Shown here: in pieces, positions 30,367 to 45,301 of the stretch
How positions within the stretch are numbered: the stretch's first letter is position 1
How the letters are laid out: every line of letters starts with the position of its first letter
NCBI GenBank assembly: GCA_030770535.1
Contig: JASVEC010000021.1
Span: forward strand, 744,001-808,000
Source: Batkoa obscura
Lineage: Eukaryota
Direction: 5' to 3'
DNA: 64,000 nucleotides
Translations under genes and position numbers: made by a program
Notes under the pieces: generated by a model
Seen by the model: only the letters and a program-made list of their open reading frames with translations
Told to the model about the DNA's origin: nothing
Database searches by the model: none

Positions 30367-30443
30367 AAAATAATAAAATAATAAAATAATAAAATAATAA
30401 AATAATAAAATAATAAAATAATAAAATAATAAAATAATAAAAT
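30367..30443. repeat. (AAAATAAT)n microsatellite, about 9 units
   Basis: Perfect octamer tandem run visible in the sequence. Confidence 0.9.
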
Positions 30444-30657
30444 ATGATTTATTATATAAAAAACTCTTTAATTGGTTTAAAAAATTTATAAAAATTAATA
30501 CATAAACAGATATGGCTAATTTCTTTAAATTCTAAAACTTTTCATATTATATGTTCAAAAAAATTTATAAATAATATTTCAAATATCAACTAATTTTTTT
30601 TACTGAGCATTATGAAAAAATGTAACTAATAAACATTTTAAAAATCTTCTATATTAG

Positions 30658-31345
30658 AAAAATAGCTTTAAAGTATTAAGTAAAATAGGAAATGAGGATG
30701 TTTTTTTTGTTTAAGAATTTTACTAACGATCTTTCCACTCAAATAGCGCTTAAAAAATGGAAAAATAATGAAATCAAAAAAAACATCCCCAAATATTAAT
30801 CGGTTGATTTTAAAATTTGAGATTTTTATTTACAAATGAATAAAATTAACAATTTAATTACTAGTAGTAATAAAATAAATATAATTTTTTCAAGATATAA
30901 AAATCAAAAATATAAGGTATTAAAAGTATTTTTAATATTTGTTAAGTGAATAAGTATTTTACTAAATAATAAAAATAAATTACCAAATGTTAATATTACT
31001 TAAGTTATTACTAATTAAATTGATAAATAAAAACCATTGTTATATTGTTTATATTACATAATGATGATTACTTACAGTTTTGGGGCTAATTACTCCCTCC
31101 CATTCAACTATATATTAACTTGGTAATATATTAATACTATAATTATAACATTAAAGTTATTTATTTATTTGATGGTAAATTTGCAATGTTAGTTATAAAG
31201 CAGTCAATAATAAAATTTTCTTAATAAAGTTTTATATGTATTTATTTACATACTACAACTTTAATTAATATCAATATATAGGCTACATTAGTAAAAGCTT
31301 TACTAATCCAGGAATTTCTATTAAGTTTAATAAAAATTCCACTAA
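30658..31345 (+). repeat. Dispersed duplication, copy 2 (contains MITE insertion)
   Basis: Aligns with 18078-18659 once 30694-30794 is removed. Confidence 0.95.
30694..30790 (+). mobile_element. MITE copy with demonstrable AAAT target-site duplication
   Basis: AAAT-GAGGATGTTTTTTTT...AAAAAAAACATCCCC-AAAT; the empty site TAGG-AAAT-ATTAATCGG is at 18101-18117. Confidence 0.95.
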
Positions 31346-31399
31346 CCTATAGTATAAATATAATGCATAGTTTTATAATGAGAAATTTTTTATTAATAT

Positions 31400-33710
31400 A
31401 GAATCAAGTATATTATTGAATTACTGTTCGTAAGTGGTATATAGACAACAGACTACCTAGAGTCAGAGTTTTTTGGCATTCTATAAGCTGGAATCAAGTC
31501 AGGCAAGCTTGTCCCTATACATCACTTACCATCACTTTTTTTAGTCTAATGTCTAATACACACAATAATTACAACCAAGTCATAAAATAAAGCTTATTTA
31601 AAAATGCGGTGATAGAGATTATATTAGATCAACTGAAACCAAAGTGAGTTCAATCATTATAAAAATTAATGAAATCAAAAAAATCTATCTTTTATTATTT
31701 TGACTCATCCACAAATATTGAATTTCGTCAATACAAACTATAGAATGGTATGTTTACATTATGAATTTAAAACGTAAGCCATTAATAATATTCAAGAAAT
31801 ACAAAGTAATCTATTATTTAAAGCTAAACTTTAAAACTAAATGGCTAAAGGATATGACAACACTTCATTGGTACTAATAAAAAAGGAAAGTAGAGGCAAA
31901 TATTTATTTAATATTGTAGGATGAAGATGTATTATATAATGTAGATCAGGAAGAAGTGAGTTGTCGAATAATTTTTAACACTGACAATAACAAATAGATA
32001 GAATATAAATCCTGGATTGAAAGTTATCACTTACCTTATGGTTACCTACATATTTGCAATGTGGAATACAAAGGTAGAAATAGTCATCAGTTCTTTATTA
32101 ACTGGCTGGATAAAGATAAAGCTAAAGATAAGTTTAAAGGACATTATAATGACTATAAGGATGCATCTTAGTTATATTTAAGCAATTAATAATTCATTAT
32201 ATTAAAACAAAATAGAATTTATTTTGGCTCAGCTATTAATTTTAATACCAAATTAGATTAACTAAAAGAAAGCAGTTTGAATATATTTGCAATCGATTCA
32301 AATAAAATGGCATATGATAAAAACGGCTATACTATATTAAAGCGGTTACAGGAAGAGAAATGACAGCGGGACAGATAATAAGGTATTGATATTTTGCTTT
32401 TATCTTTATTTTTGTTTTTGACAATATTAACATGATTTTAGAAATTCAATTCAAGAAAAAGCTATGAAGTAGAAGTAGACATCACCGTGACTTGATAAAT
32501 TAATCTTTGTTAGTGTACTTTAATATCAAATAGTATTTTTAAATAGCTTAAAAGAGTTTATTTCATTTACTGAAAACTCAGATAATGTTATTAAAATTAA
32601 TAAAATTAAAAGATTCAATCGAGATACTCCACTGATTACTAGGTATTAGTTTATATATCCATTTTATAGCCTTATATATTAAATCGTTATAGTTTTTATG
32701 GTCCAAATGCTCAATTAACTCGAGGTTTGTTTTTTACAAAAGGTGATGGTATTTTTGTTAAAAATAAATTTCAATACACTATTAGTAAGATTAAGTTGAT
32801 AACATGCCAGGATTGTATAAAATAGACCTATAATTATAATCTATAGCACAAATTCAAATCAAGAAAGTAACAATAAATAAAGTGATTACATCTAACTAAA
32901 AACGTATAGAAAATGGGATCAAATAAACATGTTTACTTAATATTAAAGCAGTACCAACTTAATGAAGACGTTAAATCAAGTGATAAAAATGAAAATTTTT
33001 ATGGGGTAACTAGCAAATCTCAAATTATTTATTGAAATCCAAGAGCTGACAAGATTCAAACAGTAAATTAACAAAAGCTAAACTACATTTAATTAATAAA
33101 ATTATTTAGTATGAAAAAATGACATCAGGGAGTATAAACAACATTGATGTCAATCCATATTTAGAGCATACTTTGACTACTGGATTAGATGACGATTCTA
33201 TTAAAGTTCGGGATTAAGAAGCTTATCTACAAGTGGAACTAGGGCAATATAATGGATCAATTTCTCCTTTTTAGACATTTGTCTTGTAATAATCCTACTA
33301 TAACTTTCGATGTTCATAGTAAAAGTGTCAATAAAGCTAGATAGTCGCTCCATCCAAGTAGTGTTGTTGTTTCCTCATCAAAAGATAAACATATCACTAT
33401 ATATAACGCTGAAAGGGTAACTTCACTCTAATTAATGATGTGAACATAAACTTAGCTTATCTTTATAATGAATTAGTCATTGCTCATCTGGAGCATAAAT
33501 AACTATAATTATATAAGTAATTGTTTATTTTTATTTATTAGTAGATACCCTATTTCTGTATTTGAGCGGAATAACTCAGAGAAATAGCCTAATACCTGTT
33601 GCCTCGATTGATAAAAGCCCATCCAGAGGCATATGCACTTTACAAGGTATTTACATCATAATTTATTTACTTTAATTTTATTCATTTTTATAGTATGGGC
33701 ATACAATGAC
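31400..33710 (+). pseudogene. Pseudogene of a WD40 protein, RBBP4/Msi1/Hat2-like
   Basis: Exon-like pieces read EYKSWIESYHLPYGYL, TLTTGLDDDSIKVRD*, FDVHSKSVNKAR*SLHPSSVVVSSSKDKHITIY and PISVFERNNSEK*...LQVW, with multiple stops and frameshifts; introns are retained. Confidence 0.6.
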
Positions 33711-33959
33711 TTAGTGTACCGTAGTGAAAATTAATGGATTGTTTTACTTACCTAAAGAATCAAAGTTGTAAAATTAAGCTATAATAAATTCATTTTCAGA
33801 AATTTACTTTGCATGTTATTGTTAATTTTGCTATTTTACATTCCTTTTTTAAAATTTCAGCTAAGAATTGATGCACAGAAACGAAATTATCACTTACAAT
33901 TTTTTATAGTAAATTGATTGAATCATTTTTTAAAGCCACTTTTAACAAAGAAATTTAAA

Positions 33960-35154
33960 ATGGAGAATAAATTGCATGAATACCGAGAGCAGATAGCTAA
34001 ATACAAAACAAAACTAGATGCAGTATTAAAAAATAATAAAGATATATATTGGAAAAGAACGACAGAATATCTAACTGGTAAAATAAATCTAAACGCTTAT
34101 TATTTTAGCATCAAACAAATCTTACCAAAAAATAAAGGTAAAGTTTTAACTGATTTATATATATGTATTGATTACTTTTGATCAGCAAAGCTACATAACT
34201 CATTTATAATAAGTTGTATTAAAGCTACTAGTCAGTCCGAAAGCATAGCATTATCTAATAGTCAAAACCAATTAAAAGAAGGGCTGACTAATAGTTTAAC
34301 TTTATCAAAGCGTAAGAGACCAACAAAGGAAGAGTTGGAAAAAATAAGTCAATTGGAATTAAAAGAGATAATAAAAAATTTAGGAAGGAGTTGGAGAGAA
34401 AGAGTTAAACTGAAACAGGTAAATTAAGTAGTTCCTTTATTTATTGATATTGAAGTATAACTTTATTTTTTAGTCTTTATCTACTGAAAATGAGCACGAA
34501 ACTAATGCACCTTACTTTCCAACTATTTTACCTTTGACAGCTGAGAGTAACCCATTTTTCAATAATTTTAGGATTCTTTGCTAATGTATGTAATTAAAAT
34601 AGACCCAGGAGAATATCACTCAGGAGTAGATATGCCATTATGTATAGAAAGTAAAGCTTTTCCAACTTCAGAAGGATTACAATTAAAAGCGAATGCAATG
34701 GCATTGGAGAATGGTTTAAGTGGCGGGGCTGAGGAAGGGTATCTGAAGTAATTTTACATGGATTAGAAACATATTTACAAAACATCATTACCAATTGTAT
34801 TGAAAAAAGAGATAGTAAAAAATTAAGGTTAAGTCGATATAATGTAACAGCATATCAACAGAGTTTAAACCGAATGAAAGAGCAAATAATAGATCAAAAT
34901 GGTACTACTTTGCTAGACCTTCATTTAAATCTAGATAATAATCAAAAACAAGTGGAATATATCCCTTAAGTAATACAATAAGTACTAGAGATTTACTAGC
35001 TTCATTTACGATCTCTCCTCATTTATTAGTAGAACCTCCAATGGCTTTAGAAAGATTAGTGGCTACTCACAATAACGCTTCAGTTCGTGTTAAAACTAAA
35101 GAAGAAATGGAAGCAGATATAGCGAAAAATAGAAACCGTCATAGTTTTTTTTAA
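33960..35154 (+). CDS. HFI1: SAGA subunit Ada1/Hfi1 (two apparent frameshifts in the last exon)
   Basis: YWKRTTEYLTGKI...KLHNSFI, PLCIESKAFP...AMALENGL, ILHGLETYLQNII and ISTRDLLASFTISPHLLVE motifs; the frame changes at about 34738 and 34946. Confidence 0.75.
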
Positions 35155-35386
35155 GTGGGATCAACTAACTCAATGTTATTCCTATTAATTATTAAGTGTG
35201 AAGTTTAATACTTTATTGATATTTTATAGCTTTAACCTTCTTTGTATTCTTTTAACTACTATTGTTCATTTTTACAATAAAATTTAATATACTGATTTAT
35301 TTAATAAATTTTTATCAAAATCTAAAATAAAAAATAAAATAACATGAAATATAAAATGAGAGTAATGAACAAAATTAAATAATATA

Positions 35387-36897
35387 TTAAAGTCTAGAAA
35401 GATGAGCTTGAACCTTTTCAATAACCTAAAAATCCAAAATAAATTACATGCTATATCGTTATTAGTCTGATTACTTCATTGATATTTGCTCGACTTTTAT
35501 TCTCCGTATTTAATAAATAACTAATCAATTTTACAAACTCATCAGAATATCTAAACCAAATGAGTTGGAAATTATAGTAAATAGTTATATCAAAATTTAC
35601 TTATTTCCAGCAGGAATGGTGTATTTCCCATTCATCACCGCAATAGCTGTTGAACCTCCAGCTTCTGTAGCACTAAAATCAAAGGGCGAATAACCGTAGG
35701 CTAGTGCATATAACAAGCAACCTAACGACTATAAACCTTTAATCAGTATTTTTGACTTCATTGTAAATAGTAAAACTAACCCAAATGTCAACGCTTTCAT
35801 CAATTTGTTGACCTACTTCGACATCAAACAATTCTGGTGCTCTGTATGTCATAGTGGAATATTTGGCTGCTTTTTCCTATCAACAATTAAAAACAGTCAA
35901 AATGCAAATATTTTAATTACTTGTTCTGCTAATGCTTGTTGTCTTGTTTTACAAGAGATACGCGCTTTTTCAGCTGAGCCAAAATCCATTAAAATTGGTT
36001 GGTTCTTATTATTTAGCATTATATTTCTAAATATCATTTACTATGTCTAAAACCTATTACTAATATTTATAAACTTACCCAGGCTTGATATCCCTATGAG
36101 CATATGGTATAAAAGTATCTTTTTTGTTCGAAGATTCCTCACTAGATTGAATCAACACACTGACGTCCATAGTGGAATTAAGCTCGTCTTGAGGTGAGTT
36201 ACTATTTGGAATAATAGGAAGCTGATAGCTATGCATCTGCTTTATTGCATCACATATTGGTAAGAAATATTCTATAATCTTTTTTTCGTCTAAATTGGTG
36301 TTATTTTTTGTATTATTTTCAATAAGATCTTGTAAGCTTCCATTCTATCGTTGTTTTATTAATTAGGTTTGTCTCTTAAATACTAGTATGTTTACTTGAT
36401 AATAATCAAAGAAGATATACACTATTCTACTACCGTCTTCTTGATTATCAACACACACATCCTAAATATTCAATTAATATCTGATTATAAATACTAATTG
36501 AACCTGTAATTACCAAAACTTTAGCAATATTATTGTGTACAAATAACTTGTTAATTTCTACTTCTCTAAAAGCTACCTGAAAAGCTTCTGGATCACTTTT
36601 GGCACAGAATATCTTTTTGACTGCATATAAATTACCACTTTCCATATCCCTTACTAAATACACGGTACTGAACCCACTATAAGTTGTATTTTTAGCTATT
36701 GTTACTTCATTGTAAATCAATAATAAAGTAGCCTTATCTGATATGTTAAAATTTAAATAGTAAAAGCATTACCCTTCGCCTAATAATTTTAAAACACGGA
36801 AACTTTTGTTGTTTACATTGATAATTAGAGAACTAGGCAAACATCCCCCAAATACTGATATGAGACTATCGCTTACTAAACTTGTAAATAAATCCAT
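35387..36897 (-). CDS. ENV7: Ser/Thr kinase of the NAK family (Env7/STK16-like), multi-exon
   Basis: KLLGEGGFSTVYLV, YAVKKIFC, YAHRDIKPGNIML, PILMDFGS, TMTYRAPELFDV, DIWSLGCLLYALAYGYSPF. Confidence 0.88.
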
Positions 36898-37440
36898 GTA
36901 ATTTTATTGAAAATTGCAATTTAGGTTTTTTTGGTTTTTTTATATTATTTTTAAAAATATAATTGGCTCTAGTTTAAACTCCTAATTGTTCCCTTAAAGT
37001 TACGTTGTATCAACAAATTAAAGTTTTAGTAAAACTAGTATAGTAAACCATAATTTATAATACCCTTACCTTACCTTAAAAAAATACTTGGAATAAATTA
37101 TACACGATATTTGATTATTTTACACCTTTCATAGATTACTATTACAATATTAATTTTCTTAAAAAGTTAAAGTTACCCTATAAAAATTAATGATAATCAA
37201 GCACAAAGTAATACTTTAATAATATATATTTGATAGGTAAAAACTATATATATATGAATGATTAATATAATATTATATTCTTAAAAGCCTAACAGCTAAG
37301 AAAAAGATATAATATAAGCAAGCTTAGCTCTCAATAATAATTATTAATACAAAATAATTTTTATAACCAAAAGGCTGCTATAGCCGAAATGTGATGTCAT
37401 AATTTTAGTTAAAAGCTTGACAGAGTAATATAAAAAAAGC

Positions 37441-39714
<2,274 letters not shown>

Positions 39715-39987
39715 CTGCTACTATTTTTATTAAAAGCAGTCTAAATTATTACATAATATGTATTATGATGATTTTTGTATTTAATTTTTTAAATTAAAAG
39801 ATAGAAAACTTGTAAATATAATTATTAGATTAAAGCAACTTTTACTAAATATTAAACAGCTTCCTAGGGAATAAAAGAAGTTAAAATGATTAAAACAGTT
39901 AAAATACTTTGAACATAAGATAAAACTATTGTGTATATAAATGAATTTTAAGGTTAGTAAATAAAGAAGGATAACTAGAAGAGTAAC

Positions 39988-40788
39988 TTAATTTTGAGCT
40001 TTTTCGGAATACTCGTCTAATAACAGCTTAGGGGTAGTAAAATGAAAGCCAGACATAACTTGTTGAAATACATACATAGATTCCTTTTCGCTTTCGGATA
40101 ACTTTAACTCTTTTTCAATACAACTTTTTAAACACTCATTACTTTTTTCTAACACTTTTCCTTTTAATTCGTCATCCATAAAAAAACTATTATTTATAGT
40201 TTGTAAAGCAAAGTAGACTGCAAATGCTGTTTCTCTCGTTCCACATATTTGAGGATTTAGCCCGGAAGCTTTGACTAAATTTTGAGCTTCCGCCATTGCT
40301 GTTGACCTAACTTCTCCTGGCTTAAGTACCTTAATAATATAAAACAAAGTAAACAATCGGTCTCCGATAGTCGCTAATAGAGGTGCAATTAAATTCGGGC
40401 TTTTAGAGTTTAAAAGTGGACAAAATACTTGCTTTTTTAAGTGAACCAACATAAAGATAGCTCTTTTTTGGCACACGTTTTCTGGGAAAAAAGCACTGAA
40501 TGCAGCTTCACTATTACTATGACTCAATTTCTTAACTGTATTCACTGCCTTTACAAAACTACCACGTTCCTCTCGAGTAAGCTTTTGATTGAAACTGGGT
40601 GCTGCTGGAGATGGTGGCACACTACTGGGTGAAGGTTCGGCGTATATAATAGTATTGTTTTCAATAATTTGTTCTGTTTGATGAGACCTTACTAATCTTA
40701 AGGATTTTGAACGACCTATTATCGTTGTATCGCCATCTAATTTGTTATTCTTGTTACCAAAAAATTTCTTTAATTTTATAAAGCCCAT
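39988..40788 (-). CDS. Hypothetical protein, 266 aa
   Basis: Intact single ORF with coding-like composition in very AT-rich DNA; no family recognised. Confidence 0.7.
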   Translation of the reverse strand: MGFIKLKKFFGNKNNKLDGDTTIIGRSKSLRLVRSHQTEQIIENNTIIYAEPSPSSVPPSPAAPSFNQKLTREERGSFVKAVNTVKKLSHSNSEAAFSAFFPENVCQKRAIFMLVHLKKQVFCPLLNSKSPNLIAPLLATIGDRLFTLFYIIKVLKPGEVRSTAMAEAQNLVKASGLNPQICGTRETAFAVYFALQTINNSFFMDDELKGKVLEKSNECLKSCIEKELKLSESEKESMYVFQQVMSGFHFTTPKLLLDEYSEKAQN

Positions 40789-41599
40789 TCTGAATATGAA
40801 AAAAATTATTGTTGAGTTTGTAATTTAATTTTATAGCAACTCCCCTGCATTAGGTAAAGTGTACCATAAAAATGAACACTAAAACATGCTCTGATTGGGT
40901 AATTAAGAACTAACTATTGATTAAGTAAGTGGATTCTATATTTGGATCGTTGCATGGTGTGAATTTTGGTTGGCATTGTTTTGTTAATAGTGACTAAATA
41001 CGGTCACTACAATTGTACTACGATTTAATTTGCAGTGGCTTTTAGAGTCAATTGTTTGCATATCTGGTTTTTCGAGCTTGGCCTATAAAGTTGGTATGAT
41101 TTTCGCAAATTTATTCTTAAATGAGAGGTTATTTAGGTCGCAATAGAAATGCAAGAGGTATAGTTTAGAATTAATAGAATTGATAAAAAATTATAGAAAT
41201 TTGATAAATTATTACATATATGACACTCAATAAACTTGATTTAATTACATTCTTTTTAAATTAGTCTAATTTACTTTATTTTAATAATCCGTGTTAATAT
41301 AGGCTAATTTAACAGCAATTCTATTATAAAATAAATATGATATTATTACAAATCACCAAACTTTACACAATTCATTTGAAAGATTAAAATGATTCACTAT
41401 AGTTAAAAGTTATAAAACTATTACTCACAATTATGATATAAAAGATAAACTATTGATGATAATGTTTAATCTGTTAACTTCAATTATATAAACTTTCAAA
41501 AATTGGAGTAAATAATTCTTTATCATTTGTTCCATTAATAAGTTGTTCAATAAGCTCGAAAAGTAAAAAATAGCTGTGAGAAGAAAACATTCCAGTAAA

Positions 41600-43057
41600 A
41601 AAACTAACAATACTAATATAATATTCTATGGCTTTGATTCAATTTTTACCGTAGTATTAAATTCAGTGTTATCATTTTTAAGTGAAAAATCAGAATCCTT
41701 GACAACAAAAACCATATTATGAGTTGGCTCAGGAATATCCCCAAAGGTATTTTTTTCAGAATATAATACCTTTGGGATTTCTTGTACAAAAGTTGTAATA
41801 ATATAAATAATAAAACAACCTCAATAAATCCACCAATTAAGAAACCACCAACTGAGACACCAACAATAACAGGTACTTGACTTTTGGCTTTAAAATTTCT
41901 ATTTCTTCTACTGAAGGTATCTGATTTACTAATGTATAATTGTTTAAATTGATTATTTGCATTTTTGAGTAAACTTCTCTACGGAACCCAAAACTATACA
42001 ACAAATGATCGTTATAATACTCCAAATAACCTGAAGGAGAAATAATTAACCCTGAGACATAATGTTTTTCCCAATTGAGATTATCTAAATTTAAAACATA
42101 GAGTGAACTATCCATAAATTGTACTTCGTTTTTGTTTCCAATATTGGCGCCTCCTAGTATATAAACAAGCTATCAATTTTTTTTAAACTAGAGCCATAAG
42201 TTATTTTGGAAATTCTTATACTGTAGTTTGATTGTACCATTTCTCATTTTTGATATCAAAGCTTGGAATATTATTGAATTCAATATAGTTGTCATAGAGC
42301 CTATCTATACTTCCAAATATTATTAAATTCCCATTATGTACAACTGAATTGTGACCACTAATTAAATGTCCACTCTTTTCTCCAACAGTTTTCCATTCAT
42401 CATTTTTGATATTATAAATTATCAATCCAGGACAATACCCAGTTTTGATTCCATTTGATCTTTTAGCGGGATAGTACTGTCCACCAAATATAACTAACTC
42501 ATCTAGATTTAAATCATTCTAGACTAATCTTGCTTCACTAGATCCATAATTTATTGTATAATTGCTTGACTTTGTAAAGTTTAGATTTTTAAAAATTGAC
42601 TTCCGTTAAAACCTACTTTCCAGGTTTTAGTTTTAGTATCAAATATCTTTACGAACTCTTCAAGCGATGTAAATATCCCCTCTATCATTAAAAAAATTTC
42701 AGAGTTACTAGAGAATCTAATGGTACTATGATAAAACAATGTTTAACGCATGATTTTAAATAGATTGAACTCCCAGTTTGCTTTTTGACTATCATTTGAC
42801 TATCATTTGACTATCATTTGACTCTATCCCATCTTTGAGATCTAATTTATAAACCCCACTATTCAAGTCTTCTTCATAAATTTCTCTTTTATTGCTTTCA
42901 GCCTTAAGATCTGATATGAAAAATCCACCAAACACATAGATACTATCATCAATTTTCCACCATTACCTATAACTAATGCTGATGCATCTGAGCCATTTGA
43001 AGCTTTTAAAATCATTATCAATAACAACATTAATTCTATAAACCTCATAAAGGCCAT
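41600..43057 (-). pseudogene. Kelch-repeat single-pass membrane protein pseudogene, paralogue 1
   Basis: Signal-peptide-like start, LVIFGGQYYP, ISGHNSVVHNGNLIIFG, LYVLNLDNLNW, LLYSFG and a C-terminal TM segment, broken across frames. Confidence 0.7.
42785..42823. repeat. 11-bp tandem repeat (TTTGACTATCA) x3 inside the kelch pseudogene
   Basis: Directly visible. Confidence 0.85.
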
Positions 43058-43502
43058 TTTATAAAATTAATTCTAATATTATTGTTTTCATATTGCTTTT
43101 ATACTTTCAATTGTTACTTTATGATTTAAAAACCATTTTTATTACTAAAAAAACAAAATAATTCTTGGATCTATATAGCACTAAAGATTCTATGATGAAT
43201 ATCACATTACTTTATTTAGAACTTGGTAATTAATTATCACCAGTAAGGCCTTATTATGAACCTTAAAGGTAGGACAACCCCACCTGTAAGTAGGAATCCC
43301 AATATAGAGACATTACAACTGAAAATAATTAGCATTGCAAATATTTTTATTTAGATATTAACAGATGATTTAAATAATAGTTACATTGTGAGCATTGAGA
43401 ATTCACTTATAAACGTAACTATAGATATAGTAACATTAAAACTTAGTCCAAATGCTATAAGACAAAAAATCAGTGAAGTTAAAATTCAACTTTTTAATAT
43501 TT

Positions 43503-43600
43503 GGGATGTATTTTTATGTTTAAGAATTTTACTAACAAATTTCCCACTTAAATAGCGCTTAAAAAATGGAAAAAATAATGAAGTCAAAAAAAACACTCCC
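43503..43600 (+). mobile_element. MITE copy
   Basis: GGGATGTATTTTT...TACTAAC...AAATAGCGCTT...AAAAAAAACACTCCC with ATTT/ATTT flanks. Confidence 0.9.
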
Positions 43601-43642
43601 ATTTTATGACTTATTTCTTTCAATAAAACTATTATAATATAT

Positions 43643-43735
43643 GAAGGTATACTTTATATTCAAGAATTTTGCTAACAATTTTTCCACTCAAATAGTGCTT
43701 AAAAGATAGAAAAAGTGATGAAGCCAAAAAAACAC
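43643..43735 (+). mobile_element. MITE copy with eroded ends
   Basis: Interior AAGAATTTTGCTAACAATTTTTCCACTCAAATAGTGCTTAAAAG matches the consensus. Confidence 0.8.
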
Positions 43736-43745
43736 ATATATATAT

Positions 43746-43838
43746 GAGGATGTTTTTTAACTTCATTACTTTTTCCATTTAAGTGCTGTTTGAGCGGAAA
43801 AATTGTTAGTAAGGTTCCTAAATAAAAAATACATCCCT
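43746..43838 (-). mobile_element. MITE copy (reverse orientation)
   Basis: GAGGATGTTTTTT...AAAAATACATCCCT with ATAT/ATAT flanks. Confidence 0.88.
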
Positions 43839-43859
43839 ATATATTGAAGGTCTACTGGT

Positions 43860-45301
43860 AAGCCTAAAGGAGAAAGAAGAGCTAGAGATGTTATTTTTTA
43901 AAATAATCATAAAGAAATATGCCTTTAGTAACGTCGATTTAATTTGTATCATTGAATTTAAGGCTATCATGCCCAAATGAAAACTTTGGTTATTAATAAG
44001 CATCCCTACAATATCATTAGTTGGCTCTGAAATAGGTAAAGATGTTTTTTTATAATACGATATTTTACAAATTTCTTATATATATAACGTATCAAAACAA
44101 TCAACAAAATAGGCACTAAAAGCCTACGAATTGAATCACCAACAATAACAGATATTTGACTTTTGTTTTTGGATCTTACATTTCTTCTTTGGAGGCAATC
44201 TGTATATTAAGATTAAATGATTTAAACCAGCTATTTAAGTTTTGAGCAGTACTCTAAATATGACCTAAAATTACACAATAAATATTTGACATGATATTCT
44301 AAATAATCAAAACAAGCATTAGTTAATCTAGAAACGGAATGCTCTTCATAAATAAAAGTATTTAAATTTAAAATGTGAAGTAAACTGTCAGTATATTGGT
44401 TTAAAAAAGTTTTAAATCTCGTTTATGTATTGAGTAGCACTAGTGATTTAAATGTTAAACAAGTACATAGCTTATAGCTGGAAACTCCTCGGCTGTTATT
44501 TAACCATACCACTGTTTGTCTTTAATGCTAAAACTTGGAACAATATTAAATTTAGTAGATTTATGAAAGAGGTTATCTTTGCTGCTAAATATCACTAAAC
44601 TACTATTGTGTATAACTGCATTATGACCACTAATCTAATGTTCACCATGTCCTCCAACCATTCTCCATTTACAATTACTAATATTACAAATCATTACTTT
44701 GGAATAAAAACCACTTTAGTTTACATCCATTTCTTTTAGTAGGATAGTACTTTCCTCCATATAAAACTAACTCATTTAAGTTCAAATCATTTTGAGTTAA
44801 GCTTACTCTAATAAACTCATAATTTAGTTGAGAATCATTTGATTTAGTATAAATTTTTTGATAAATTGGCTGTGATTTCAACCTGCTTTCCAAGTATTAG
44901 CCTTGGTATTAAAATCTTTACGCTATCCTCAAGTGATATCAATAATCCGTCTATGATTAAAGGCTTTTCTGAATCATTCTCAATTTTAATAGTGTTATGA
45001 GAAAACAGAGTATTTAGAAGATGATGTTCAAATGGGGCAAATTCCGAATTTGCATTTTGACTGTCATTTAACTGTATTGTTCCTTTGGTATTTAAATAAT
45101 AAATTTCACTATTCAAATCCTTTTTAGTGATCTATTGATCTTCCTCTTCAAAGTTTGATTGAAGGGTTCCACCAGAGACATAATATACATTATTATTAAT
45201 TTCACCATCAGTTCCAACTAATTCTAATATAACCGAAAAATCTGGATTCCTTTAAACAAAGTCACCAAGTATACTGGTTTTGTAAAATTTGTAAAAACCA
45301 T
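43860..45301 (-). pseudogene. Kelch-repeat membrane protein pseudogene, paralogue 2
   Basis: VYYVSGG, LNELVLYGGKYYPTKRNG and GHNAVIHN pieces collinear with paralogue 1; many stops and frameshifts. Confidence 0.65.

Noticed and set aside
30367..30443. Octamer tandem repeat as an interstitial telomere
   Set aside because: Pure A/T unit with no G-rich strand; an ordinary microsatellite.
36839..36853. AAACATCCCCC resembling the MITE terminus
   Set aside because: It lies in the first coding exon of the kinase (FGGCL) with no MITE interior; coincidental.
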